Shown in pieces: positions 20,262-28,810 of a stretch of 40,860 bases of DNA. Made by a program: the position numbers and the translations under genes. The DNA lies in the NCBI GenBank assembly GCA_030066335.1, contig JASJBV010000071.1, positions 1 through 40,860 of the forward strand. Direction: 5' to 3'. The DNA comes from Gammaproteobacteria bacterium. GTDB taxonomy: Bacteria; Pseudomonadota; Gammaproteobacteria; GCA-001735895. Within the stretch, counting starts at the first letter, position 1. Each line of letters opens with the position of its first letter. The notes under the pieces are model-generated. The model saw nothing but the letters and a program-made list of their open reading frames with translations, was not told where the DNA came from and did no database searches.

Positions 20262-20732
20262 ATGACGGATATACAGGCAGATAGCGGGATCTTACAGTGT
20301 GTGACCTTCACCCTGGAAGATGAGACCTATGGCATCAATGTCATGCAGGTACAGGAAGTGTTGCGCGAGGTTGAAGTCGCTCCGGTACCCGGGGCGCCCA
20401 ACTATGTGCTGGGTATTATCAACCTGCGGGGTAATGTGGTCAGCGTTATCGATGCGCGTACCCGCTTTGGCCTGCCGGCCAAGGACAGTGATGAAATGAC
20501 CCGGATTATCGTTATCGAAGCCCAGCAGCAGATCATCGGCATCCTGGTCGATAGCGTGGCCGAGGTGGTCGATGTCAAGCGTGATGAAATCGATACCGCC
20601 CCCAATGTCGGTACCGCCGAAACCGCCAAGTATATCGATGGTGTGGTCAGCCGGGATGACACGCTGCTGATATTGGTTGATCTCAACAAGTTGTTGAGTG
20701 AAGCGGAATGGGGAGAAATCTCCAATTTATAA
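20262..20732 (+). CDS. cheW: Chemotaxis coupling protein CheW (F6)
   Basis: YGINVMQVQEV, VPGAP..VLGIINLRG, GILVDSVAEV. Confidence 0.96.
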   Translation: MTDIQADSGILQCVTFTLEDETYGINVMQVQEVLREVEVAPVPGAPNYVLGIINLRGNVVSVIDARTRFGLPAKDSDEMTRIIVIEAQQQIIGILVDSVAEVVDVKRDEIDTAPNVGTAETAKYIDGVVSRDDTLLILVDLNKLLSEAEWGEISNL

Positions 20733-20753
20733 TGGATGGAGACCGGAGCGAGC

Positions 20754-20915
20754 ATGATGGCAGATCAGACAATCAATCCGGTATCCCCCACCAATCGTAC
20801 CCGCGATGTGCTGAAAAAGAAAAAGGACGAGCAATCGCAGAAACATCCACGGCCCAGGGACAAGGTCGATGATAAAAAACAGGAAAAAAAAGGTATCATA
20901 GACACTTATGCCTGA
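20754..20915 (+). CDS. Small hypothetical protein (53 aa), not in the ORF track
   Basis: GGAG at 20745-48, ATG 20754; MMADQTINPVSPTNRTRDVLKKKKDEQSQKHPRPRDKVDDKKQEKKGIIDTYA*; fills the gap between cheW and the convergent gene. Confidence 0.65.
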   Translation: MMADQTINPVSPTNRTRDVLKKKKDEQSQKHPRPRDKVDDKKQEKKGIIDTYA

Positions 20916-20938
20916 CCCGTTCCCAACAACCCCTTCGA

Positions 20939-21232
20939 TTAAAGTTTATCCATGAAATCCTTATGTTTACCGGATAGCCGGTAGGCAAAACTCAATACTT
21001 CAGCAATCACCACGTACAGCGACTGCGGGATATGGTCACCTAGGTCCAATTGTTCCAACAAGGCTGATAGTTCACGGTCTTCATAGATCGGAATATTCTC
21101 CTGCTCGGCGATAGCAAGAATCTCCTCGGCCACCTCGCGATGCCCCTTGGCGGTCACCACCGGGGCCTGCTTGCCATCGTACTCCAGGGCGATGGCAAAT
21201 CTTGGGTCCTTGTCCTTGTTGCGATTACTCAT
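20939..21232 (-). CDS. Stand-alone FlhB C-terminal (EscU/YscU/HrcU-like) protein
   Basis: AIALEYD..APVVTAKG...AEEIL...IP..LYVVIAEVLSFAY aligns by eye to FlhB after the NPTH site; no NPTH and no TMs. Confidence 0.9.
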   Translation of the reverse strand: MSNRNKDKDPRFAIALEYDGKQAPVVTAKGHREVAEEILAIAEQENIPIYEDRELSALLEQLDLGDHIPQSLYVVIAEVLSFAYRLSGKHKDFMDKL

Positions 21233-22722
21233 ACCTCGATATCCAGCAGGTTGTCGCTGATCGGCACCGGGGCATCCTGGCTGGCCGGCGGTTGACCGAT
21301 ATAGCAGTTGAATAAACCCAGCTCGAAACCACTGCTTTGCAATTGGGTTTTAAACTGGTCTAACTGTTGATCGATTAGGTTTTTGGTGCTGGTCTTGATC
21401 GCCCAGAACTGGGCGGAGATTTTCTGTCCCTGCAGCAGGATATGGGTGGTGATCAAGCCGAGTAAGCCAAATTCGAAACTGAGGTTGATCTCCCAGTGCG
21501 CCTGGTTGGGATCCTCATGGCGCTGTTTTTGTTGCACCCTCAAGTTAACGGTGGTTGTTTTATCCTGTACCTGCAGCGGTAGCGACAGGTTGAATTGCAG
21601 CGGCTGGTTCTGTTCCAGCTGTAAACGTAACGAGGTCTTTTGCAGTAACAACTGGGACTGGGTCTGATCCAGTTGTTGCAACAATTCGTTTCTCAGCTGA
21701 TTGACGCTATCCTGCACTAAATGCTCCATCGGCATTTTATGTTTCACCGCGGCACCGGCTTCGATCAGTGACCTGACCAACTGGGGCAAGCTGTCCGGTG
21801 AGCGGATCAATAACTGGCGCAACGCGCCGAGCAGTTCCGGATAGGATTGTTGGCTGCTCAAGCCCTGTTGTTGGATAGCCGGCTTGAGCAGAGTCAACAC
21901 CACCAGGATTTGTTGCATGGTGACTGGCTTAAAGCTATCCAGCTTCGCCAGCGGCCGGGCCATCTGGCCCAGCAATTGTTGTAATGGTTGTGACTTCGCC
22001 TCTTTTGCCGGTAATGCTAATGCAGCCGGTTGGTTCGGTTGCTGGTTGACCAGGACTTTCTGTGGTGGCAGGTTGTCGCTGAGCGCCGCCCTGATCTGCT
22101 TACCCGGGTAGACGGTTTGCGGGTCCATCTGCAGGATCCCGCTGCTCAGTTTGGGCAGGCTGTTGATCCCGGCGGATTGATTTGAACCCAGGTTGGGCGG
22201 CAATAATCTCGACATGGCATGCTTGAGGATCTGGAGCACCGGTAGCCTCACCAGGTCCACGCTGTTGTTCGCATTCGGTCGCAGCAACAGGCTGTCACCT
22301 GGTTGCAATTGGCTTTGCCTTGGCAGTGGGTAGGTTTTATCCGCAACCTGCAACAGGGTTTGACTCGGACTCTGGGAGATCACTTTTGCCGGCAGTGGTT
22401 GGGTCGGCGTGGGGGTAAACAGCTCGCCGAATGCACGCTTATCCAGGGTCAGCAATTTTGCATGATGTTGCTCGATTTTAATCGTCGGCTGTTTATCGCC
22501 GGGTAATAAACGGGCCAGGATCTCATCGCCCTGGCGTAATTGCTGGGGCAGCTTGCCGCTAATCCGGCCAAAAGCCGTATCCAGCGTCACCTGCTTGCCC
22601 TCGCTGGCAATCACCAGGGCCCGGAACAGTCCCGCCCGCTCCAGCCGTTGCAGCAACTGACTGATCCTGGTCTGGTTGGTATCGAGCTTGATACTGGCTA
22701 ATGTCTGATTGACTATGTCCAT
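21229..22722 (-). CDS. FliK-like C-terminal-domain protein (second, divergent FliK family member)
   Basis: Q/L/P-rich 497 aa; C-terminal WEINLSFEFGLLGLI..H..L...ISAQFW...L...GF...LLDIEV; overlaps the stand-alone FlhB-C gene. Confidence 0.75.
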   Translation of the reverse strand: MDIVNQTLASIKLDTNQTRISQLLQRLERAGLFRALVIASEGKQVTLDTAFGRISGKLPQQLRQGDEILARLLPGDKQPTIKIEQHHAKLLTLDKRAFGELFTPTPTQPLPAKVISQSPSQTLLQVADKTYPLPRQSQLQPGDSLLLRPNANNSVDLVRLPVLQILKHAMSRLLPPNLGSNQSAGINSLPKLSSGILQMDPQTVYPGKQIRAALSDNLPPQKVLVNQQPNQPAALALPAKEAKSQPLQQLLGQMARPLAKLDSFKPVTMQQILVVLTLLKPAIQQQGLSSQQSYPELLGALRQLLIRSPDSLPQLVRSLIEAGAAVKHKMPMEHLVQDSVNQLRNELLQQLDQTQSQLLLQKTSLRLQLEQNQPLQFNLSLPLQVQDKTTTVNLRVQQKQRHEDPNQAHWEINLSFEFGLLGLITTHILLQGQKISAQFWAIKTSTKNLIDQQLDQFKTQLQSSGFELGLFNCYIGQPPASQDAPVPISDNLLDIEV

Positions 22723-22856
22723 ACGGGCAATTTAAATCCACCTGGGGAAAACGACTGCCGCCTGTTCTTCCTATCTCGATGTCGACCAAGCGGATAACAG
22801 ACCCGCTGATCGACATGGCCGGGGTTAAAGCGACAATTTTCCATAACTATATCTCT

Positions 22857-22883
22857 ATATCGGCCGCTAGCGCCGATGGTTTA
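22857..22883 (-). promoter_or_regulatory. sigma28 promoter for the fliK-like/FlhB-C operon
   Basis: Minus strand TAAA-N15-GCCGATAT. Confidence 0.75.
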
Positions 22884-22982
22884 TGCTTTTCATCCAGCAG
22901 TTTGACTGGCGGTAACCGCTGGTTACCGATAAATAACGACAAAAAATTGTCGTAATTCACCCATGGCATGATGAAGATAATA

Positions 22983-22995
22983 TAAGTTATTGATT
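22983..22995 (-). promoter_or_regulatory. Putative IHF site upstream of the GGDEF gene sigma54 promoter
   Basis: Minus strand AATCAATAACTTA is an exact WATCAANNNNTTR match. Confidence 0.65.
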
Positions 22996-23013
22996 TTAAA
23001 TGATTTGTAAATA

Positions 23014-23029
23014 TGGCACGATCTTCGCA
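23014..23029 (+). promoter_or_regulatory. Putative sigma54 promoter for the diguanylate cyclase gene
   Basis: TGGCACGATCTTCGCA; GG (23015-16) and GC (23027-28) are 12 bp apart. Confidence 0.75.
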
Positions 23030-23052
23030 TAGATGTACGCAAGCTCTAATAA

Positions 23053-23988
23053 ATGGGATACAGATCAATGCCACAGACAACAACAGTGATAGGTGAAACC
23101 GCAAACCACGGGCAGATCATTGCGCTTGATTCCAGAAGACCGGAACAGGTTGTCAGCAATAAACAATATCTGAAGATACTCCAGGTTACCGACTTACTGT
23201 CACGCCATCTGCATTTGAATGAAATCATGACCGTGTTTTCCCGCGAGGTGATGGCACTGGTACCATTTGACGGCATGCGCTACAGCTGCCAGCAGTTGAA
23301 GAGCCCGATTACCCATGGTGAGACCGAGGGACATAATCTGCATTACCACCTGACCCTGCAGCAGATGGAAGTCGGCGACCTGACGTTTTATCGTGCGCAA
23401 CCCTTTGGCACCAACGAGGTTTGCCAGATTGAAGACCTGCTGTGCGCGCTGGTGTACCCACTACGCAATGCCTTGATGTATCACCGCGCGATCACCTCGG
23501 CCTATCGAGACCCTTTGACCAATATCAACAACCGGGCGGCGATGGATAAATTCCTGCCTCGTGAGATCGGTCTGGCCAAGCGTCATCAACATGACCTGAG
23601 CATGATGATCATGGACCTGGATGGATTCAAGGCGATTAACGATCAATACGGACATGATGCCGGCGACCGATTGCTGCAAACGGTTTGTGTCAAGATCATC
23701 AGCGTGCTGCGGGATACCGATATGCTGTTTCGTTACGGCGGTGATGAATTCGTGGTGGCCTTACCTTACACCGATATCCAGGGTGCGTTGGATGCCGGCG
23801 ACCGGATTCTGCACAGTATCCAGAACCTGAGCGCGAATGAATGCCCGGGTGGGGCCTCGATCGGGATCAGTATCGGTTTATCCATGTTGCTGCCGGAGGA
23901 TGATTTTCAATCCCTGTTCAAGCGCGTGGACCAGGCCTTATATCAGGCCAAGATCGATGGTAAAAATCGCCTGGTAGTGGCTGAATAA
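23053..23988 (+). CDS. Diguanylate cyclase (GGDEF) with small N-terminal GAF-like region
   Basis: DPLT..NR, DLDGFKAINDQYGHDAGD, RDTD I-site 5 aa before an intact GGDEF, DQALYQAK..GKN. Start 23053 or 23068. Confidence 0.93.
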   Translation: MGYRSMPQTTTVIGETANHGQIIALDSRRPEQVVSNKQYLKILQVTDLLSRHLHLNEIMTVFSREVMALVPFDGMRYSCQQLKSPITHGETEGHNLHYHLTLQQMEVGDLTFYRAQPFGTNEVCQIEDLLCALVYPLRNALMYHRAITSAYRDPLTNINNRAAMDKFLPREIGLAKRHQHDLSMMIMDLDGFKAINDQYGHDAGDRLLQTVCVKIISVLRDTDMLFRYGGDEFVVALPYTDIQGALDAGDRILHSIQNLSANECPGGASIGISIGLSMLLPEDDFQSLFKRVDQALYQAKIDGKNRLVVAE

Positions 23989-24121
23989 GGGCTTGCCCCA
24001 GGTTCTGCCAGCTCCTGGTATAACCGGCAAAAAACTGACACTGCCTGCCTAAGCATAGTGCTCCCCAGGTCCAGCTGAACCGAATCCAGAAGGTAGCGCG
24101 GAACGTCATCCAGGTTGCGCT

Positions 24122-24147
24122 TAAATTTCTCGGAATGCGGCCGATAT
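24122..24147 (+). promoter_or_regulatory. sigma28 promoter for cheY2-parA-mcpA
   Basis: TAAA-N14-GCCGATAT. Confidence 0.72.
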
Positions 24148-24232
24148 AACGACTGCGTAAAACAAATTAACTGCTATATTCCAGAGTGGATCAGCCATGC
24201 TGGTATCACAAAATGCAAAATCAGGAGAGCTT

Positions 24233-24595
24233 ATGGCTTCTATCTTAGCTGTTGATGACTCAGCTTCCATGCGCCAAATGGTTAGCTTCACGCTGAAAAG
24301 TGCCGGTCACCAGGTGACCGAGGCTGAAGACGGCGAAGTGGCTTTGAATCTGGCAAAATCCGGTAGTTACGACCTGGTGTTAACCGATGTCAATATGCCA
24401 AAAATGGACGGTATCACCCTGATCAGTGAATTGAGAAAGTTACCCAACTTCAGATTTACCCCGTTGTTGATGCTGACCACGGAATCTGCCAGCGACAAGA
24501 AAATGGCTGGCAAGAATGCCGGCGCAACCGGCTGGATCGTCAAACCCTTCAACCCTGACCAATTGCTGGCAGTCATCAAGAAAGCGCTCGGCTAG
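24233..24595 (+). CDS. cheY: CheY-type response regulator of the F7/Che2 system
   Basis: ILAVDDSASMRQMV, TDVNMP, MLTTES, ATGWIVKPF; AGGAG RBS before ATG 24233. Confidence 0.9.
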   Translation: MASILAVDDSASMRQMVSFTLKSAGHQVTEAEDGEVALNLAKSGSYDLVLTDVNMPKMDGITLISELRKLPNFRFTPLLMLTTESASDKKMAGKNAGATGWIVKPFNPDQLLAVIKKALG

Positions 24596-24625
24596 AGCCG
24601 GGTCGACCTGGTTCGGAGCAGCCTG

Positions 24626-25390
24626 ATGAGCCTGAGAATTCTGGCCATACTCAATCATAAGGGTGGGGTCGGCAAAACCACAACCTGCTTCAACCTGGCC
24701 TGTATTTACGCTGCCCAGGAGCTGCGCATCCTGGTCATCGATCTGGACGCGCAATCGCATCTTTCGGTCAGCCTCGGGCTCAAGCAAGCGGATCTCTCCG
24801 GGATCGACGATGTGTTTCTCGAGCAGGCGGATATCGTTGATTACATTCAACCGGTTCGCCCCAATCTAGACCTGCTGCCGGCCGGATACCGTCTGGGTGA
24901 GGTTGAACGTCTGGCCGCTCAGGGACGTCGCCAGGCGCTGGTGCTGGATACTGCGTTACAGAACATCAAGCATAACTACGACCTGATCCTGATTGACTGT
25001 CCGCCCACCTCCGGATTACTGAATTTTAATGCATTGTTTGCGGCGACCGAGGTGGTCATCCCGGTGTCCAGTGATTTCCTCGCCCTGCATGGTCTGTCGC
25101 AACTGCTGCGTACCCTGCACAGTGCTCAGCGTTTCATGCACAAGCCGCTGAAGTCGTGGATCGTACTGACCCGTTTTACCACGCGCAGAAGATTGTCGAA
25201 CCAGGTCCGGGATAAGCTGATCAAGTATTTCCCGCAGCAATTATTGGCCACGGTGATTCGTGAGAACGCGCCGCTCGCCGAATGTCCCAGTTTTGCCAAG
25301 GCTATTTTTGAATACAGTCGCCGCAGCAACGGGGCTAAGGATTATGCCGATCTGGCCGATGATATTCTTTATCAAAGAGTCGTTGGTTAG
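24626..25390 (+). CDS. ParA/Soj-family ATPase within the F7 cluster
   Basis: NHKGGVGKTT, IDLDAQ, IDCPP, IREN..LAECPS. Confidence 0.9.
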   Translation: MSLRILAILNHKGGVGKTTTCFNLACIYAAQELRILVIDLDAQSHLSVSLGLKQADLSGIDDVFLEQADIVDYIQPVRPNLDLLPAGYRLGEVERLAAQGRRQALVLDTALQNIKHNYDLILIDCPPTSGLLNFNALFAATEVVIPVSSDFLALHGLSQLLRTLHSAQRFMHKPLKSWIVLTRFTTRRRLSNQVRDKLIKYFPQQLLATVIRENAPLAECPSFAKAIFEYSRRSNGAKDYADLADDILYQRVVG

Positions 25391-25393
25391 GCC

Positions 25394-26623
25394 ATGGCGG
25401 ACAAAGTTATAAACTCTCAATTCTTGCTGCGCATACTGATTGCCACATCCCTGCTGTTGACACTGCTGTCAGCACTGCAGCTTAGCTTGGGTAGCAACTG
25501 GATCAGCATCGCCGTCCTCGCGCTGGCGCTGGCTGTCACTGGATTGTCTGGCGGCCAGTTACTCTACTCAGCCAGGGCAGGTAAATCCGAGCGCGCAGCC
25601 CAACCGGATGTCACCCAGGATCTGATGAACCTGGTCGAAGATCTGAGCAACCTGGTCGACGACCAGTCTCGCGAGGTCGCCCAGTCTCTGGGGCAGATCA
25701 AAAACGTTGTGGTCGACGCCACCGCCAACCTCGGCAGCAGTTTTCATGACCTCAATGACAAGAGCCAGCAGCAGGGCAGCCTGGTGATGGATTTACTGCG
25801 CGCCCATGCCGACCCCGAGCAGGACCAGGCCCACGATTTCAATATACATTTGCTGGTGGCCGAAACCCATACCCTGCTGCAGGAATTCGTCGACCTGATG
25901 ATGACGACCAGTCAGAGCAGCATGCAGATGGTGCATGCTATCGATGATATTTCACAACAGATGGACCAGGCTTTCGCCTTGCTCAAGGATGTCAGCGATA
26001 TTGCCGACCAGACCAACCTGCTCGCGTTGAACGCGGCGATCGAAGCGGCCCGTGCCGGAGAGGCCGGACGTGGATTTGCTGTGGTCGCCGATGAAGTACG
26101 TAAGCTGTCACAGCACTCCAATCGATTCAGCGAAGAGATCGGTGCGGTGGTACAAAAGGCCAAGCAGGATATCGCGGCGGCCAAGGAAGTGGTGTCGAAG
26201 ATGGCATCGAAGGATATGAATACGACGATCTCCGCCAAAACCCGGGTCGACAATATGCTGGAGAGCGTTGAAAGCTATAACCAGGATTTCGATAACGAGC
26301 TGGCCAAGGTTTCTGCAATCAATAACCAGATTGCCGAGGCAGTCAACCTGGCGGTGCGTTCCCTGCAGTTTGAGGATGTCGTCAACCAGGTGATTGCCTA
26401 CAGTGATGACCATGTCAGCCGTCTGAATGGACTGGTGCATCGCCTGCACGACAAGATCATTCATCTGCGTGCTGAAGATCAATCCGCCGATGCGGTGCAG
26501 GTGCATAATCTAATCGAGCAATTTCAGCTCGAGATCAGCAACCTGAAAAAGGAATGGCAGGGGCCGTTGAACAAGGCGGTCAACCAGAGTTCTATGGCGC
26601 AGGGTGAAATCGAGATGTTTTGA
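25394..26623 (+). CDS. McpA-like chemoreceptor (membrane hairpin, no sensory domain)
   Basis: Two adjacent N-terminal TMs, [41 protein letters not shown] motif, ends [12 protein letters not shown]. Confidence 0.88.
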   Translation: MADKVINSQFLLRILIATSLLLTLLSALQLSLGSNWISIAVLALALAVTGLSGGQLLYSARAGKSERAAQPDVTQDLMNLVEDLSNLVDDQSREVAQSLGQIKNVVVDATANLGSSFHDLNDKSQQQGSLVMDLLRAHADPEQDQAHDFNIHLLVAETHTLLQEFVDLMMTTSQSSMQMVHAIDDISQQMDQAFALLKDVSDIADQTNLLALNAAIEAARAGEAGRGFAVVADEVRKLSQHSNRFSEEIGAVVQKAKQDIAAAKEVVSKMASKDMNTTISAKTRVDNMLESVESYNQDFDNELAKVSAINNQIAEAVNLAVRSLQFEDVVNQVIAYSDDHVSRLNGLVHRLHDKIIHLRAEDQSADAVQVHNLIEQFQLEISNLKKEWQGPLNKAVNQSSMAQGEIEMF

Positions 26624-26781
26624 TTATAACGCTGTGACCGAATGCAAAAACTTTGAAGTTGAACAATAATTTAGCGGATACATTTGATACACTTTATGCA
26701 ATAAGCTGCTATTATCCATGAGTAGTATGTAAAGGGCTTACATTAACCATATAATCTCTAACACAATAACGGGAAAAATCG

Positions 26782-27087
26782 ATGACAATTACGAGTACTG
26801 TTTCTGATAATGGTAAGAACGTGACCATTGCCGTTTCAGGTAAATTTGATTTCCAACTATACGATGAGTTTCGCTCATCCTATGTTGATACTCAGGGATC
26901 AGGCGTCAGTTACGAGGTGGATCTGTCCGGTACCGAATACCTCGACAGTTCTGCCCTGGGCATGTTGTTGTTATTGCGTGAGCATGCCGGCGGTGAAGGT
27001 TCAAAAATTGTCATTATCAATGCCTCTCCCGATGTCAAGAAGATCCTTGATGTTGCCAATTTTGGGAAACTGTTCGAAATCTCCTAA
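26782..27087 (+). CDS. STAS anti-sigma-factor antagonist, HsbA-like
   Basis: GKFDF, VDL..TEYLDSSALGMLLLLREHAGG, ANF..LF; phospho-acceptor DSS motif; closely resembles Pseudomonas HsbA as recalled. Confidence 0.88.
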   Translation: MTITSTVSDNGKNVTIAVSGKFDFQLYDEFRSSYVDTQGSGVSYEVDLSGTEYLDSSALGMLLLLREHAGGEGSKIVIINASPDVKKILDVANFGKLFEIS

Positions 27088-27107
27088 ACCTCTCATCTGA
27101 CCTGCTG

Positions 27108-27398
27108 GTGGATTTTACCGAAAAGCGAGATTTTCAGCGGATGGTGGTCGATGCCACCGTCGAATATCAACAGCTGGGTGAACAGACTATCCATCAGGGC
27201 GTCGCGAAAAATCTCAGTGGCAAGGGCATGATGTTTATCGCCGGCGATGCCCTGCAGCCAGGCAGTCAACTCCAGGTCAAACTCACTCCAAGCAATAACA
27301 TCACGCCGCCGATGCAGGCCCAGCTAAGAGTCACCCGCTGCCAGGCGCAGGACGATGGTGATTACCAGGTAGCCTGCGAAATTATCAATATCGACTAA
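27108..27398 (+). CDS. Single-domain PilZ c-di-GMP receptor
   Basis: RxxxR (RDFQR) and [DN]xSxxG (NLSGKG); GTG start. Confidence 0.85.
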   Translation: MDFTEKRDFQRMVVDATVEYQQLGEQTIHQGVAKNLSGKGMMFIAGDALQPGSQLQVKLTPSNNITPPMQAQLRVTRCQAQDDGDYQVACEIINID

Positions 27399-28648
27399 GA
27401 CCCGGATTGTGCGGGGTTGTCACCAGCGCCGTAGCTGCGGTCGACATACTTTTCCACCAACTGCATGAATTCCTCGGCGATATGATCCCCCTTGAGGGTG
27501 ACGGTTTTGACGCCGTCCTCATAAACCGGTGCCACCGGCAACTCGCCGCTGCCCGGCAGACTGATGCCGATATTGGCATGCTTGCTCTCACCCGGGCCAT
27601 TGACGACACAACCCATGACCGCCACGTTCATTTTCTCCACGCCCGGATAGCGTGAGCGCCACATCGGCATCGCGGCATCCAGTTTTTGTTGAATCTGCTG
27701 CGCCAGGATCTGGAAGTAATCACTGCTGGTGCGGCCACAGCCCGGGCAGGCGACCACGGTCGGCGTGAACGAACGTTTATCCAGGGCCTGCAGTATCTGT
27801 TGCGCTACCTTGACCTCGCGGCTGCGCGGGGAACCGGGTTCCGGGGTCAGCGAGATGCGAATGGTATCACCGATGCCCTCATCGAGCAGGATCGCCAGCG
27901 CCGCGGTGGAGGCGATGATCCCCTTATCGCCCATACCGGCCTCGGTCAGGCCCAGGTGCAGCGCATAATCAGAGCGCCTGGCCAGTTCCCGGTAAACGTC
28001 CACCAGGTCATTGACCCGGCTCATCTTGCAACTGATGATGATTTTGTCCGGACCAAGACCGATGTCCTGGGCCATCTCGGCACTGCTCAAAGCCGATTCG
28101 ATCACCGCCATCCGGGTAATTTCCCCGAGTTCCTGCGGCTGTTTGGACTGGGCATTCTGATCCAGCAGCTGGGCCAGGATCTGTTGATCGAGACTACCCC
28201 AGTTGACCCCGATGCGTACCGGTTTGTCATACTGGCAGGCCAGTTCGATCATGGTCTGAAACTGGATATCCCGGTTCTTGCCGCGGCCGACATTGCCGGG
28301 ATTGATCCGGTACTTGGCCAGGGCCTGCGCACAGGCCGGGTGTTTACTCAGCAGCTTGTGGCCGTTGAAATGAAAGTCACCAATAATCGGCACCTGGTAG
28401 CCGGCCGCATCCAGTTGTTCGATGATCTGCGGAACCGCCTGCGCCGCTGCCTCATTGTTAACCGTGACCCTGACCAATTCGGAGCCGGCATCGGCCAATT
28501 GCTTGATCTGGGCGGTGCTGGCAGCGATATCCGCGGTATCGGTACTGGTCATCGACTGGACCACCACCGGGGCACTGCCGCCGACCTGGATGCCACCGAC
28601 CAAAACACCATGGCGTTGCCGTAAGTCGTTATTTTGCACGTCAACCAT
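27395..28648 (-). CDS. ispG: (E)-4-hydroxy-3-methylbut-2-enyl diphosphate synthase
   Basis: [62 protein letters not shown]. Start approximate (28648; ORF open to 28672). Confidence 0.96.
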   Translation of the reverse strand: MVDVQNNDLRQRHGVLVGGIQVGGSAPVVVQSMTSTDTADIAASTAQIKQLADAGSELVRVTVNNEAAAQAVPQIIEQLDAAGYQVPIIGDFHFNGHKLLSKHPACAQALAKYRINPGNVGRGKNRDIQFQTMIELACQYDKPVRIGVNWGSLDQQILAQLLDQNAQSKQPQELGEITRMAVIESALSSAEMAQDIGLGPDKIIISCKMSRVNDLVDVYRELARRSDYALHLGLTEAGMGDKGIIASTAALAILLDEGIGDTIRISLTPEPGSPRSREVKVAQQILQALDKRSFTPTVVACPGCGRTSSDYFQILAQQIQQKLDAAMPMWRSRYPGVEKMNVAVMGCVVNGPGESKHANIGISLPGSGELPVAPVYEDGVKTVTLKGDHIAEEFMQLVEKYVDRSYGAGDNPAQSGS

Positions 28649-28689
28649 CTTAGAGCAGTAAAAACGTAGCAATTATATCCGAATTTTAC

Positions 28690-28716
28690 TAAAGAAAATT
28701 CACCACAAGACGATAT
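28690..28716 (+). promoter_or_regulatory. Putative sigma28 promoter for the cheA2 operon
   Basis: (C)TAAA(G), 15-nt spacer after TAAA, then GACGATAT. Confidence 0.6.
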
Positions 28717-28810
28717 CTACGATATTCATAAAAAACGCATGCTGCCTGATCAGACAAGCGGGTCGTCAGGTACTACCGGCAGGGCAGCATCGAACAGTGG
28801 AGTATGCGCA

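Noticed and set aside
22895-22935. ...GGTTACCGAT resembling the 3' end of a c-di-GMP-I riboswitch near the GGDEF gene
   Set aside because: No GGCAAA/GAAA-tetraloop/GACGCAAA core, and it lies upstream of both predicted promoters; treated as a DNA palindrome.
22847-23276. Minus-strand 85-aa and 76-aa ORFs in the divergent promoter region
   Set aside because: They overlap promoter elements and the GGDEF gene; no RBS or motifs.
26654-26681. TGAA-N16-GCGGATAC as a sigma28 promoter for the STAS gene
   Set aside because: Mismatches in both boxes and wrong spacing.
26728-26742. TGTAAAGGGCTTACA as a GacA box
   Set aside because: Shorter than the 18-bp TGTAAG-N6-CTTACA consensus, with no GGA-rich sRNA downstream.
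27686-28624. 312-aa plus-strand ORF
   Set aside because: Antisense shadow of ispG with no family motifs.
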